Shown: positions 40,542 through 53,621, counted from the stretch's first letter. The stretch is DNA of 64,000 nt from an uncultured Gallionellaceae bacterium (GCA_964532405.1 CAZHIC010000007.1:6721-70720); one strand, 5' to 3'. Notes: generated by a model from the letters alone, not told the origin. Program-made: numbers and translations.

Positions 40542-40560
40542 ATTTGAATAGGATATAAAT

Positions 40561-41199
40561 ATGTCAACGCTCGATTTGCAAGAACAAGAACAGGTAGACG
40601 CCCTTAAATCGTGGTGGAATGAAAATGGTAAATGGGTGGTTGCGGCAATCGTGATCGCACTGTTGGGCTACGCCGGGATGCAATTCTGGAAGAGCCATCA
40701 GGCGCAGCAAGCGGGTGAGGCTTCCAAGCTGTATGCCGAGGTGGAAAAGCAAATAATGACTAACGATCCCAAGCGCGTGAACGATGCGGTCGCCGCGCTG
40801 GTCGACAAGTTCGGCGGCAGTGCTTATGCGCCGCGCGCGCAATTGCTGGCGGTGCAAGCCAATGTACAGGCCAAGGATATGACCCGTGCAAAGACCCAGT
40901 TGCAATGGGTGATCGAGCATGCGCATGAAACGGGTTTGCAAGATACCGCGCGTTTGAAATTGGCCAGCATCCTGCTGGATGAAAAAAATTACGATGAGGC
41001 GCTCAAACAGCTCAATGCAACGCATCCAGAAGCCTTCACCGGTTTGTATGCCGATCTGAAAGGCGATGTGTTGAGCGCGCAAGGCAAGACTGAAGAGGCG
41101 CGGGCTGCTTATAAGCGGGCGCTCGACAAGATTGAAGCGAAGAGCATGTACCGCAATCTGGTACAGCTGAAGCTGGATGGTCTCGGGGACGCCAAATGA
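40561..41199 (+). CDS. YfgM-family TPR membrane protein
   Basis: It has an N-terminal TM helix (WVVAAIVIALLGYAG) followed by TPR-like helices, in the conserved hisS-yfgM-bamB-der order. Confidence 0.8.
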   Translation: MSTLDLQEQEQVDALKSWWNENGKWVVAAIVIALLGYAGMQFWKSHQAQQAGEASKLYAEVEKQIMTNDPKRVNDAVAALVDKFGGSAYAPRAQLLAVQANVQAKDMTRAKTQLQWVIEHAHETGLQDTARLKLASILLDEKNYDEALKQLNATHPEAFTGLYADLKGDVLSAQGKTEEARAAYKRALDKIEAKSMYRNLVQLKLDGLGDAK

Positions 41200-42326
41200 A
41201 ATTAAGTCGCGGCATTGCCATATCGCTGCTGGTCGTGTTCGCGGCGGGATGCTCCAGCGATAAGGCGGCAGTCAGTCCGGCGAGTCTGGTGAATTTCACG
41301 TCGTCCGCCAAGTATGAAGTGCGCTGGAGGCAGAGTGTGGGCAAGATGGGAGACAACGTCTTGCTCCCTGTGGTCACTGCGGAATCTGTATTCGCTGCGA
41401 ACAGCAAAGGTATCGTTCAGCGGTTCGACCGTAACAGCGGGAAACGGCTGTGGCGCATCGACAGCGGGTTTGTGATTTCCGGCGGCGTCGGGGCGGGTGG
41501 TGGAGCAGCGTTGGTGGGCGGTGAGAAAGGTGAGGTCGCTGCCTACGAAGAAGGTGCGGGCCAGCTGCGCTGGAAGAGCAAAATGTCCAGCGAAGTGTTG
41601 AGTGCGCCGAATTTTGCAGACGGAGTCGTCGTTGTGCGCACCGGAGATGGTCGTATCGCGGGCTTGGATAGTCAGAATGGCAAGCGCTTATGGTTGTATG
41701 AGCGGGCGACACCGGCGCTGGTCGCGCGTAGCAATGCCGGGGTGACAATACGCAACGGCATCGTGTACGCAGGTTTTCCGGCAGGAAAATTGGCTGCTAT
41801 CGGGCTGCACAATGGTGTCGTCGTGTGGGAAGCATCGGTTTCGCAGCCGCGCGGCAATACCGAACTGGAGCGCGTCAGCGACATCACCAGCCTTCCCATC
41901 GTGGATGATAGCCAAGTATGTGCGGTCGCTTTTCAGGGGCGTCTCGCTTGTTTCGATGCCGAACGCGGAGGATCGTTGTGGACGCGCGATCTTTCCAGCG
42001 ACAAGGGCTTGACCATGTCGCGCAAATACCTGTTCTTGACCGACAGCGCAGGCGACGTATTGGCGCTCGACAAACTCAGTGGCAGCTCGTATTGGAAGAA
42101 CGATCAAATGCACTTGCGCAAAACAACGGCTCCTTTAGCGTTGGATAATTATTTGGTGGTTGCAGATTTTGAAGGCTATCTGCACGCCTTGAACCGTGAC
42201 GACGGCAGCTTTGTGGCACGCTTCAGAACAGATGGCAGCGCGATTCGCTCTGCCCCTGATGTTTCGGGCGACGGCTTCGTGGTGCAAACCAGCGATGGCG
42301 GCTTGTATTCCATCGTTATTCATTAA
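41196..42326 (+). CDS. bamB: Outer-membrane protein assembly factor BamB
   Basis: It has the lipobox VFAAGC and PQQ-like beta-propeller repeats. Confidence 0.9.
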   Translation: MKLSRGIAISLLVVFAAGCSSDKAAVSPASLVNFTSSAKYEVRWRQSVGKMGDNVLLPVVTAESVFAANSKGIVQRFDRNSGKRLWRIDSGFVISGGVGAGGGAALVGGEKGEVAAYEEGAGQLRWKSKMSSEVLSAPNFADGVVVVRTGDGRIAGLDSQNGKRLWLYERATPALVARSNAGVTIRNGIVYAGFPAGKLAAIGLHNGVVVWEASVSQPRGNTELERVSDITSLPIVDDSQVCAVAFQGRLACFDAERGGSLWTRDLSSDKGLTMSRKYLFLTDSAGDVLALDKLSGSSYWKNDQMHLRKTTAPLALDNYLVVADFEGYLHALNRDDGSFVARFRTDGSAIRSAPDVSGDGFVVQTSDGGLYSIVIH

Positions 42327-42344
42327 ACATAATTTAAACTCATC

Positions 42345-43745
42345 ATGCTACCCACACTGGTTTTAGTCGGTCGTCCCAATGTGGGTAAATCCACTCTGTT
42401 TAATCGCCTTACGCGTAGCCGCGATGCTCTCGTTGCCGACCAGCCGGGGCTGACTCGGGATCGCCATTACGGGCGCGGACGCATCGGCGAACGGCCTTTT
42501 CTGGTGGTGGATACGGGCGGCCTGGAGCCGGTTGCCAAAGAAGGCATCCTGCACGAGATGGCGAAGCAGACACGCCAGGCCATCGACGAAGCCGACCTCG
42601 TGTTGTTCCTCGTGGATGGACGCGAAGGCCTCACGCCGCAAGACCGCATCATCGCCACGCAATTGCGCAAAACCGGACGTCCTCTGATGCTGTTGGTGAA
42701 CAAGGCGGAAGGCATGCAGCGTGCCCGCGTTACCAGTGATTTTTTTGAACTGGGCTTGGGCGAGCCGATTCCCATTTCATCGGCGCACGGCGACAATGTT
42801 GCGGAGATGATCGAGGTGGCGCTGGATGAATTGCCCGTGCGCGAAGAGGAGCCGGAAGTAAAATCCGACCATCCCAAGCTGGCCATTGTCGGACGCCCCA
42901 ACGTGGGTAAATCGACGCTGGTGAATGCCATTCTCGGCGAAGAGCGCGTCATTGCTTTCGATCAACCCGGCACCACGCGCGACAGTATCTACATTGATTT
43001 CGAGCGCGGCGGCAAGCCGTACACCATCATCGACACGGCAGGTGTGCGCCGCCGTGGCAAGATCGACGAGGCCATCGAAAAATTCTCGGTGGTGAAAACA
43101 TTGCAAGCCATAGAAGATGCTAACGTCGTGGTGTTGGTGGTGGATGCGAGCGATGAGATCACCGAACAGGATGCGCATTTGGCCGACTTTGTGCTGGAAG
43201 CCGGACGTGCCTTGGTGCTGGCAGTCAACAAATGGGACGGACTGGACGAATACAAACGCTCCACCGCCAAGCGCGACATCGACCGCAAATTGCATTTTTT
43301 GGACTTCGCCAAACATCACTTCATCTCGGCTTTGAATGGCAGCGGAGTGGACGCGGTGCTGAAGTCGGTGAACGAAGCCTATGCCGCCGCGATGACGAAA
43401 CTGGCCACGCCGCAACTCACGCGCGTGTTGCTGGCCGCCGTCGAAAAACAACAGCCGCCGCGCGGCAGCATCTTCCGCCCCAAGATGCGTTATGCCCATC
43501 AGGGCGGCAGCAATCCGCCGCTCATCATTGTCCACGGCAGCGCCTTGGATAAAGTGCCGGACAGTTATAAGCGCTATCTGGAAAAGTGCTTCTGCGATGC
43601 CTTCAAGCTGCAAGGCACGCCGCTGCGCGTCGAATTCAAGGCCGGTAAAAATCCCTTCGCCGACAAGAAGCCGCGCCCGCTCACCGAGAGCGAACAGCGC
43701 GCCGCCCATCGTGCCCGTATTCGCGGGCGCAGACTGTACGGCTGA
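42345..43745 (+). CDS. der: Ribosome-associated GTPase Der (EngA)
   Basis: It has two G domains: [14 protein letters not shown] and [14 protein letters not shown]. Confidence 0.97.
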   Translation: MLPTLVLVGRPNVGKSTLFNRLTRSRDALVADQPGLTRDRHYGRGRIGERPFLVVDTGGLEPVAKEGILHEMAKQTRQAIDEADLVLFLVDGREGLTPQDRIIATQLRKTGRPLMLLVNKAEGMQRARVTSDFFELGLGEPIPISSAHGDNVAEMIEVALDELPVREEEPEVKSDHPKLAIVGRPNVGKSTLVNAILGEERVIAFDQPGTTRDSIYIDFERGGKPYTIIDTAGVRRRGKIDEAIEKFSVVKTLQAIEDANVVVLVVDASDEITEQDAHLADFVLEAGRALVLAVNKWDGLDEYKRSTAKRDIDRKLHFLDFAKHHFISALNGSGVDAVLKSVNEAYAAAMTKLATPQLTRVLLAAVEKQQPPRGSIFRPKMRYAHQGGSNPPLIIVHGSALDKVPDSYKRYLEKCFCDAFKLQGTPLRVEFKAGKNPFADKKPRPLTESEQRAAHRARIRGRRLYG

Positions 43746-43980
43746 CGCAGGGCTGGCATTTTTGGGCCAATTTGAATTGGCCCATGTTTCCCCTTCTATT
43801 CCCCTAAAGAAAATGAACTGCTTACCGTTAGAGTAGTGTCTGGCTGCACGCGTGTCGCTTACCCACAGGGGAAGCCGGTTCGTGGGCGATTTGTAACGCT
43901 GGGGTAATACAGTTTTGATAGCATTGAGGCGGGGTCGCTGCATGGTGCAGACGCCCCCACTTTAATGAATGGAGGAGTAA

Positions 43981-44337
43981 ATGAAACATTTTTCACTGTT
44001 GTTGTCAGCATTGGTTTTATGTCTTAGCAGCGCTTGGGCGGTTGCAGGTAGTTGCGATGTCAATTACACGCGCACGGCGTGTCCGGGAAAAGAAGCCATC
44101 AGTTTCAAAAAGTGTGATGGTAAAGCATCGTGTGTCCATACCGCCACGACCGATACCGAGGAAGCCTGCCGCGTAAAAGCGGTTGCGTCCTGTGCCAATG
44201 ACCGTCTGGATATTACCAAGAACAAGGTGATTACCGCGACGTTCAACGGCAAACCCGTCAAGAACAAAGCGGGTGGCGCGGATCATTGCGCGGATTATGC
44301 GGAACGCGCGGCCGAGTTCGATAAGTGCGGGATGTAA
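43981..44337 (+). CDS. Small secreted Cys-rich protein (118 aa)
   Basis: GGAGGAG Shine-Dalgarno. The signal peptide ends AWA-VAG. The mature part has 8 Cys. Confidence 0.6.
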   Translation: MKHFSLLLSALVLCLSSAWAVAGSCDVNYTRTACPGKEAISFKKCDGKASCVHTATTDTEEACRVKAVASCANDRLDITKNKVITATFNGKPVKNKAGGADHCADYAERAAEFDKCGM

Positions 44338-44349
44338 TATAAAAATAAG

Positions 44350-44394
44350 CCGCCTTCGCGCCATGCTACGGTGACGCAAAGGGCGGTGTTTTTT
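44350..44394 (+). terminator. Imperfect hairpin plus T6
   Basis: CCGCC..GCG / CGC..GGCGG with an internal loop, followed by GTGTTTTTTGG. Confidence 0.5.
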
Positions 44395-44406
44395 GGGGGA
44401 GTGGAC

Positions 44407-46065
44407 ATGCTAAAAAATTTATCGCTAAATCAAAAAATCATTGCGGTGCAATGTATTTCTTTGCTGCTGCTGATCGGGACGTTGGCTTTGGCTGTTTTCG
44501 CAATGGCCGAGCTGTCCGCACGCAACAAGGAAATGGTTCTGAGCGAGAATGACACCGTTTCCGTGTTGATCCAGCTGGACAACATGAATTTCGCCGTTCT
44601 CAGAGAGACAAAGGCCGCCAAAGATGTTTGGCTGCGCGGCGCGGATGCCGATGAAAAAAATAAAGCCATTATGGAGTTTACCGACCAGCTCGATAATTTT
44701 CAAACCCATCAAACAATCGCGGAGGAAGCGTTGAATAAGGTGGTTAAAGTAGACCCCTCTTTGGCGGTTTTTTTGGATGAATTGAGAGAAATTACTCTGC
44801 AACATAAGGAGGTGACTGATAAATATGCAGCTCAAATCAAAGCGCATGTGAACGCTACCGATTCGGATAACAAGGTCAAGGGTCTGGGTAAAAAGCTGTT
44901 CAGGCAGTTGCAGAAAATGCGGAGCAACTTTGTGAAAGCGGTTGAAAAATTGAATGCGGAGGATATGGTCGATATCGACCAAGGGCTTAAAACCAGCCTC
45001 AAGCTTGTTGCGGGCGCGGCACTGTTTTTCATCGCGCTGCTCTTCGCGGTATCTACCCTGTTTGTACGCTCGGTTGCCCAACAATTGGGCGGCGATCCGC
45101 AAGATGTGCTGGCCGTGGTAAAAAATATGGCCTCCGGTAATCTGTTGCAGAACCCGGGCAAGAGACCCGTGGCCGACAGCGTGCTTGCGCATGTGTATGC
45201 CATGCAGGGCAGTCTGCGCGACATGATCGCTAAAGTGAAGGAACGCTCGCTTCATGTGGGCAACATGGCTCACGCTTTAGCGATTTCAGCGCAACAAATT
45301 TCGGCAAACGTCGATCACGAGTCTGCGGCCGTGAGCAGCATGGCTTCTTCGATCGAGCAGTTGAGCGCATCGACCTCACAAATCAGTGAGCAAGGCAACA
45401 ATGCGGGGCGGATCGCCAGCCAGTCGCGCAATAACGCGGAAGAGGGCTCGCAAGTCATCAATAAAACGGTTTCGGGCTTGTTGGCTACCGCGCAAGAAAT
45501 CGAAGGGGCCTCTGCCGAGGTGTCGCGCCTGGGCGATGATGCTTCGCGCATCAGCGACATCGTTAAGGTTATCCGGGAAATCGCCGATCAAACCAATCTG
45601 CTGGCGTTGAACGCCGCGATCGAAGCGGCTCGCGCCGGAGAACAAGGGCGCGGGTTCGCGGTGGTGGCGGACGAGGTGCGCAAGCTGGCGGAGCGTACCG
45701 CGAACGCGACTAACGAGATCAACCAGATGTCCTCCAAGATCGGTGAGGTCGCCAGCCACGCCTTGGACGGGATGGATAAAGTGGTTAAAACAACGCGCCA
45801 GGGTGTGTCCGATGCCGAGTCTGCCCAAGCGTCAATCTCTAACATTCAACTGAGTTTCACTGAAGTCGCCAATGTCATTAACGAAATTTCGGTTTCGCTG
45901 GGGGAGCAAAACTTGGCCGCAGCCGATTTGGCGCACAACACGGAGCGCGTTTCCTCGATGTCTGAGGCGAATGCGGTCGCCGCGCAAAAATTGTTTTGCC
46001 TGGCAAGTGAGCTGGAAGCCAAAGCTCAGGAAGTGCGTCAGTCGGTGGAGGTGTTTAGAGTGTAG
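44407..46065 (+). CDS. Methyl-accepting chemotaxis protein
   Basis: It has two TM segments and a HAMP domain. The highly conserved signalling hairpin reads [40 protein letters not shown]. Confidence 0.93.
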   Translation: MLKNLSLNQKIIAVQCISLLLLIGTLALAVFAMAELSARNKEMVLSENDTVSVLIQLDNMNFAVLRETKAAKDVWLRGADADEKNKAIMEFTDQLDNFQTHQTIAEEALNKVVKVDPSLAVFLDELREITLQHKEVTDKYAAQIKAHVNATDSDNKVKGLGKKLFRQLQKMRSNFVKAVEKLNAEDMVDIDQGLKTSLKLVAGAALFFIALLFAVSTLFVRSVAQQLGGDPQDVLAVVKNMASGNLLQNPGKRPVADSVLAHVYAMQGSLRDMIAKVKERSLHVGNMAHALAISAQQISANVDHESAAVSSMASSIEQLSASTSQISEQGNNAGRIASQSRNNAEEGSQVINKTVSGLLATAQEIEGASAEVSRLGDDASRISDIVKVIREIADQTNLLALNAAIEAARAGEQGRGFAVVADEVRKLAERTANATNEINQMSSKIGEVASHALDGMDKVVKTTRQGVSDAESAQASISNIQLSFTEVANVINEISVSLGEQNLAAADLAHNTERVSSMSEANAVAAQKLFCLASELEAKAQEVRQSVEVFRV

Positions 46066-46255
46066 TCCGCTGGCCGGATAGCGCGGGCAGACGGAAAAAT
46101 GCTCTGCCCACGCCACGGTCTGAACCCGTTTTCTCCCGCTATTCGATACTTCCCGTTTTCTCTGAAGCACTATCATTCATCTCAAGTATTAACGAAAGTT
46201 GCCGTAACTCAAATCATGAGGGTTGGTCTGGCGATAGATGAGATAGGAGGCAGTC

Positions 46256-46384
46256 ATGAAATTCCCATTTTTGTTTCTGTTGGCATTGGTATTGCTGGGC
46301 TCGTTGGTATTCTTGATGTTGGCGAGTGCGGTACTGGCTGAGTTGCAAGTGTTTGCGGATAAAAAGAGGGGTGTGAGGCGCTAA
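46256..46384 (+). CDS. Candidate 42-aa hydrophobic/secreted peptide
   Basis: AGGAGG lies 5 nt before the ATG. The sequence is MKFPFLFLLALVLLGSLVFLMLASAVLAELQVFADKKRGVRR. It is below the track length cutoff. Confidence 0.35.
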   Translation: MKFPFLFLLALVLLGSLVFLMLASAVLAELQVFADKKRGVRR

Positions 46385-46431
46385 GGGAGTTGAAATTCCC
46401 TAAGCCGGACGAGCCGGAGCCAAACAGGGTT

Positions 46432-46517
46432 TCACGCGGAGGCGCGGAGACGCAGAGAAAAAACAAAGCGGGCTGGAAGCCTATATTCTCCGCGCCCCCC
46501 CCCGCGTCTCCGCGTGA
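46432..46517. repeat. REP/MITE (TCACGCGGAG...CTCCGCGTGA type) with an internal C9 tract
   Basis: The left arm is 46432-46452 and the right arm GCGTCTCCGCGTGA is 46504-46517. C9 lies at 46495-46503. Confidence 0.65.
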
Positions 46518-46591
46518 GAAAATCTTGTCATGTTTTGACATCATTTGGCCAGTAAGTGACTAAAATACCCAATAAAAATTTCGTCACACAG

Positions 46592-46644
46592 CCCCCCATC
46601 CCCACCCCAAGCCAACTCTCCCCTTGAAGGGGGAGGCTAGGTGG
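46592..46644. repeat. Nested palindromic REP
   Basis: CCCCATCCCCAC...CTCCCCTTGAAGGGGGAG...GTGGGGGATGGGG. Confidence 0.7.
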
Positions 46645-46803
46645 GGGATGGGGTAATGTTGGAGGCGTGATTAACGCTATTTCAATAATTTCCAGCTCTC
46701 TAAGCAAGAGTTTGAATGCAAAGGATGCGGTTTCGGCTCTTCCGTATCGGCCTGTTTTCCAGTAGAGTGGACACCCGTTTAATCACAAAAAGAGCACACA
46801 GCT

Positions 46804-47034
46804 ATGAGCGTAAAAGGGCAACAACTACAAGACCCGTTCCTGAATGTATTGCGCAAGGAACATGTTCAGGTCGCCATCTATCTCGTTAACGGCATCAAGC
46901 TGCAAGGCCAAGTCGAGTCCTTCGATCAATATGTGGTATTGCTAAAGAATACCGTCACCCAGATGGTTTATAAGCACGCCATTTCCACTATCGTCCCTGC
47001 ACGCGCTGTCACTATTCCGTTCGACGCTGAGTAA
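46804..47034 (+). CDS. hfq: RNA chaperone Hfq
   Basis: Contains [58 protein letters not shown]. Confidence 0.98.
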   Translation: MSVKGQQLQDPFLNVLRKEHVQVAIYLVNGIKLQGQVESFDQYVVLLKNTVTQMVYKHAISTIVPARAVTIPFDAE

Positions 47035-48176
47035 TGTCCCAGTCAACAACTGTCCCTAATACGGCGGTATTGGTGAGTCTTAATTTCGGCGCGCCGGACT
47101 ACGCAGAAAGCCTGGAAGAATTAAAACTGTTGGCAGAGAGTGCCGGCGTGATTTGTGCCGCCCTGGTGGAGGGCAAGCGCCAGCGCCCGGACGCCTCCAC
47201 GTTTGCGGGTAGCGGCAAGGTGGACGAGATCGCCGCCATCGTCGAAGAGCTGGAAGTGCCGCTGGTTATTTTCAATCATGATCTATCACCGGCACAGATG
47301 CGCAATCTCACCGCCAAGCTACAGGCGCGGGTGATCGACCGCACCATGCTAATCCTGGATATTTTCGCGCTGCGGGCGCAAAGCCATGAAGGAAAAGTAC
47401 AGGTCGAACTGGCGCAGCTCAAATATCTTTCGACGCGGCTGGTCGGTATGAATATGGATATGGGACAGCAGAAATATGCGGTGGGCGCGCGCGGTCCGGG
47501 CGAGACGCAATTGGAGCTGGACAGACGCAAGCTGGATAGACGTGTGCATCTGCTGAATGAGCGTTTGAAGCAGCTCAAGCGTCACCGCGAGTTGCAGCGT
47601 AAAGCGCGCAACCGTTCCGATGTGTTGTCGATATCCATCGTCGGCTACACCAACGCGGGTAAATCCACGCTGTTCAATCGTCTGACCCATGCCAATGTGT
47701 ATGCCGCGGACCAGTTGTTTGCCACGCTGGATACGACTTCGCGCAAACTATTTTTGGAAGGCGAAAGCAAGGTGCAGGTGATTTTGTCAGATACGGTGGG
47801 CTTTATTCGTCATCTGCCACATGGCTTGGTGGCGGCCTTTCGCAGCACGCTGGAAGAAACCACTCACGCCGATCTGTTGCTGCATGTGGTCGATATGAAC
47901 AGCCCGGAGAGGCATGACCAAGTTGCCGAGGTGAATAAAGTACTGACTGAAATCGGTGCGCAGCACATCCGTCAGATTGTGGTGTATAACAAAATCGATT
48001 TGCAGGGTTTGGCGTCATCGGTGAAGCGCGATGAGTATGGTAATATCGTCGCCGTTCATTTGAGTGCAATAACGGGTGCGGGCTTGGATGAGTTGCGCGC
48101 GGCGTTGGTTGAAGTGCGTGATACGCCGGCAATATCCGCCCCGCCACAAGAGTGGCATCCTCTTAATAACAGTTAA
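47034..48176 (+). CDS. hflX: GTPase HflX
   Basis: Contains GPGETQLELDRR and IVGYTNAGKSTLFN. Confidence 0.95.
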   Translation: MSQSTTVPNTAVLVSLNFGAPDYAESLEELKLLAESAGVICAALVEGKRQRPDASTFAGSGKVDEIAAIVEELEVPLVIFNHDLSPAQMRNLTAKLQARVIDRTMLILDIFALRAQSHEGKVQVELAQLKYLSTRLVGMNMDMGQQKYAVGARGPGETQLELDRRKLDRRVHLLNERLKQLKRHRELQRKARNRSDVLSISIVGYTNAGKSTLFNRLTHANVYAADQLFATLDTTSRKLFLEGESKVQVILSDTVGFIRHLPHGLVAAFRSTLEETTHADLLLHVVDMNSPERHDQVAEVNKVLTEIGAQHIRQIVVYNKIDLQGLASSVKRDEYGNIVAVHLSAITGAGLDELRAALVEVRDTPAISAPPQEWHPLNNS

Positions 48177-48192
48177 CTGAAGGTGAAAGCTT

Positions 48193-49404
48193 ATGGGATT
48201 GAATGATCCGCAATGGGGTAACAAGAACGGCGGCGGCCCCCCCGATTTGGAAGAGGTGATGCGCAATCTGAATAAAAAGGTTGAGGCATTGTTTGGAAAA
48301 CTAAGGGGCAAAGCGCCCAAGAACGGCGGCGACGGTAAATCACCCGGCGGGTTCGCTGGCGGAATCGGTTTGATCGTCATTATTGTCGCTCTGATCTGGG
48401 TTGCGAGTGGTTTCTATATCGTGGATGCCAGCCAACGCGGTGTCGTGCTGCGTTTCGGTAAATATCTCGAAGCGACCCAAGCGGGGCCGCGCTGGCATTT
48501 GCCCTATCCCATCGAAACGGTGGAGATTGTCAGCCTGAGTCAAGTGCGTACCGTGGAAGTGGGTTATCGCGAGAATGTGAAGAACAAGATGCTGAAGGAA
48601 TCTCTGATGCTGACTGATGACGAAAATATCGTCGATATTCAATTCGCCGTGCAGTTTTTCTTGAAAGACCCCGCCGACTATCTGTTCAACAATCGTGCGC
48701 CGGACGAGAACGTGCGTCAGGCCGCCGAGACCGCTATTCGCGAAGTGGTGGGCAAGAGCAAGATGGACTTCGTGTTGTATGAAGGGCGCGAGCAAGTCGC
48801 CGCTGCAACGACCAAGTTGATTCAGGACATCCTTGACCGTTATAAGTCTGGCATCTTGGTGAGCAAGGTGACGATGCAAAATGCGCAACCTCCCGAGCAG
48901 GTGCAGGCCGCATTCGATGATGCGGTAAAAGCGGGGCAGGATCGTGAGCGTCAAAAGAACGAAGGTCAGGCATATGCGAATGATGTCGTGCCGAAAGCTA
49001 AAGGTGCTGCTGCGCGCTTGATGCAGGAAGCCGAAGGCTACAAGCAGCGCGTGATTGCGAACGCCGAAGGTGATGCCAGCCGTTTTAAGCAGATTTTGGT
49101 GGAATATGAGAAGGCGCCGCAAGTCACGCGCGAGCGTATGTACATCGACATGATGCAGCAGATCATGACCAGCAGCAGCAAGGTGTTGGTGGATCAAAAG
49201 AGCGGTAACGGCAGCTTGCTGTATCTGCCTTTGGATAAGCTGATCCAAAGCACGAACGCGGGTGCGGCAAACGAAGCGCAGGCTGCCGCAGGCAGACCGG
49301 CGAATAATGCCGAGCAAGTTGCTCCGCAAGCGGCGGCACTCAATGAATCAGTTATACCGTCCGGGCGGGAACCGTTACGCAGCCGAGACAGGGAGGCACG
49401 TTAA
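48193..49404 (+). CDS. hflK: FtsH protease modulator HflK
   Basis: SPFH/band-7 domain protein with an N-terminal TM helix, in the conserved hflX-hflK-hflC order. Confidence 0.95.
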   Translation: MGLNDPQWGNKNGGGPPDLEEVMRNLNKKVEALFGKLRGKAPKNGGDGKSPGGFAGGIGLIVIIVALIWVASGFYIVDASQRGVVLRFGKYLEATQAGPRWHLPYPIETVEIVSLSQVRTVEVGYRENVKNKMLKESLMLTDDENIVDIQFAVQFFLKDPADYLFNNRAPDENVRQAAETAIREVVGKSKMDFVLYEGREQVAAATTKLIQDILDRYKSGILVSKVTMQNAQPPEQVQAAFDDAVKAGQDRERQKNEGQAYANDVVPKAKGAAARLMQEAEGYKQRVIANAEGDASRFKQILVEYEKAPQVTRERMYIDMMQQIMTSSSKVLVDQKSGNGSLLYLPLDKLIQSTNAGAANEAQAAAGRPANNAEQVAPQAAALNESVIPSGREPLRSRDREAR

Positions 49405-50282
49405 TGAAAGCGAATATTGGAAATCTGTTGGTGGGCATCATCGTCGTGCTGGTTTTGTTGAGCATGAGTGCCTTTGTTGTCGATCAGCGCCAGATGGCGA
49501 TTGTGTTCCAGTTGGGTGAGGTGGTGAGCGAAAAGACGACTCCGGGCTTGTATTTCAAACTGCCGCTGGTGCAGAACGTGCGTTTCTTCGATTCGCGCAT
49601 TCTGACCCTGGATAGTGATGATCCCGAGCGTTTCATCACCGCAGAGAAGAAAAACGTGCTGGTGGATTCCTTCGTCAAATGGCGCATCGCCGATGTGAAG
49701 CAGTATTACATCAGCGTGGGCGGGGACGAGATGCGCGCGCAGACGCGTTTGACGCAAACGGTGAATGCGGCACTGCGCGAAGAGTTCGGCAAGCGCACAA
49801 TTGATGAGGTGGTGTCCGGCAAGCGCGAAGAGTTGATGCGTGTGGTGCAGGAAAAAACCGATGTGGATGCGCGCAAGATCGGCGTGGAAGTGCTGGACGT
49901 GCGCATCAAGCGTGTGGATTTTCCGATGGAAATTAGCGAATCGGTTTATCGCCGCATGGATGCGGAGCGCAAGCGTGTAGCCAACGAGCTGCGTGCTACG
50001 GGAAATGCGGACAGCGAAAAAATTCGCGCCGATGCCGACAAGCAGCGTGAAGTGACGTTGGCCGAAGCTTATCGCGATGCGCAGAAACTCAAGGGGGAGG
50101 GGGATGCCAAGGCCGCATCTCTGTACGCATCGGCGTTCGGTCGGAACTCGGAATTTTTCGCGTTTTACCGCAGCATGGAAGCGTATAAACAGACCTTCAA
50201 GAACAAGAGCGACGTGATGGTGCTGGACCCCAGTTCTTCTTTCTTCAAATACCTGAAGAGCCCGAACAAAGGTGGCAAGTAG
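49404..50282 (+). CDS. hflC: FtsH protease modulator HflC
   Basis: SPFH domain protein. Its start overlaps the hflK stop by 1 nt. Confidence 0.95.
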   Translation: MKANIGNLLVGIIVVLVLLSMSAFVVDQRQMAIVFQLGEVVSEKTTPGLYFKLPLVQNVRFFDSRILTLDSDDPERFITAEKKNVLVDSFVKWRIADVKQYYISVGGDEMRAQTRLTQTVNAALREEFGKRTIDEVVSGKREELMRVVQEKTDVDARKIGVEVLDVRIKRVDFPMEISESVYRRMDAERKRVANELRATGNADSEKIRADADKQREVTLAEAYRDAQKLKGEGDAKAASLYASAFGRNSEFFAFYRSMEAYKQTFKNKSDVMVLDPSSSFFKYLKSPNKGGK

Positions 50283-50317
50283 TTTTGAACCTTGCTGTTT
50301 ATTAGCGCAGAACAGTT

Positions 50318-50473
50318 CCTTCCCCCTTGCAGGGGGAAGGTTACACCCGCAAGGAGTAGGCCGTGGTTGTAAGGGGCATTCGCCCCAACAACACACGCTC
50401 GGATGGGGGTTGACTCGATGAAATGGCAACGTTTCTACCCCCTCCCTAGCCCTCCCCCTGCAAGGGGGAAGGG
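50318..50473. repeat. REP cluster filling the hflC-hisZ spacer
   Basis: It contains CCTTCCCCCT-TGC-AGGGGGAAGG (50318-50340), GGGGC-ATTC-GCCCC (about 50383-50396) and CCCTCCCCCT-GCA-AGGGGGAAGGG (50450-50473). Confidence 0.75.
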
Positions 50474-50512
50474 ACATTGGGGCTATGTTGTTTGTGTGGA
50501 AATGGAATAAGA

Positions 50513-53054
<2,542 letters not shown>

Positions 53055-53099
53055 CCTTGCCCCGTCAAAACGTATTTCTTAACTGGGAATAAAACTCAA

Positions 53100-53427
53100 G
53101 TTAAGGAGACGTAAAAATGACAGCGGCTACTTTGAACGTCAGCGGCGCAAACATTCCGCTCCGACAGAGCCGCCAAGCAAGCGCCTTAAGGATACCGCCC
53201 TGCTGCTTCACATCAAGGCTGTGCAGGCTGCCCGCAAAGGCGAATATGGCTGGCCGCGAGTCTGGCGAGAACTTCAAGCCAATGGAATGGGGGTTTGGAA
53301 AGAACGGGTTCGGCGGCTCATGCAAGAACACGGCATCACAGCCCGTGGCCAATGTAAATTCGTCGTGACCACCGACAGAAAACATAAGCTGCCGATCGCG
53401 CCGAACTTGCCCAGCCGCAACTTCTAA
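53100..53427 (+). mobile_element. IS3-family transposase fragment (end of orfA plus the first ~80 codons of orfB; no DDE core)
   Basis: Contains KRLKDTALLLHIKAVQAARKGEYGWPRVWRELQANGMGVWKERVRRLMQEHGITARG...TTDRKHKLPIAPNL. Confidence 0.75.
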
Positions 53428-53439
53428 GCGGATGTGCCT

Positions 53440-53575
53440 GCCCTTTTGGCCTTTTTTAAGCGCGAGCCAAGTCTTATGCTTGAACAGCGAAACGAGAGCA
53501 TCATCGCACGCAAATCCAACTCTACATGCCAGCGGTTTTTGTAGAGTGTGCCCAACGAGGCTTTCGGGTTTAAGT
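53440..53575 (-). mobile_element. IS4-family transposase C-terminal fragment
   Basis: The - strand gives LGTLYKNRWHVELDLRAM, matching the YxxRWxxE signature region of IS4-type DDE transposases. It is only a stub. Confidence 0.5.
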
Positions 53576-53621
53576 AAGTGCCATTCAGACCTGACTCCGT
53601 TGTTCCCTGGTAAAAATAAGT

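Noticed and set aside
43760-43781. Palindrome TGGGCCAAT-TTGA-ATTGGCCCA after der, considered as a terminator
   Set aside because: No U-tract follows it. It could be a protein-binding site or a weak hairpin, but there is not enough evidence to call a feature.
43868-43880. GGGGAAGCCGGTT, reminiscent of the cobalamin-riboswitch core, upstream of the Cys-rich protein gene
   Set aside because: The flanking sequence lacks the rest of the consensus as I remember it: there is no GAAxxCCGG continuation and no GCCACTG B12 box. It is an isolated short match only.
42777-43943. 388-aa - strand ORF
   Set aside because: It is antisense to der (EngA), which has two clear G domains on the + strand.
46432-50473. 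A possible CRISPR array suggested by the many short palindromes
   Set aside because: There are no regularly spaced identical direct repeats with unique spacers. The elements are heterogeneous inverted repeats scattered singly, and no cas genes are present.
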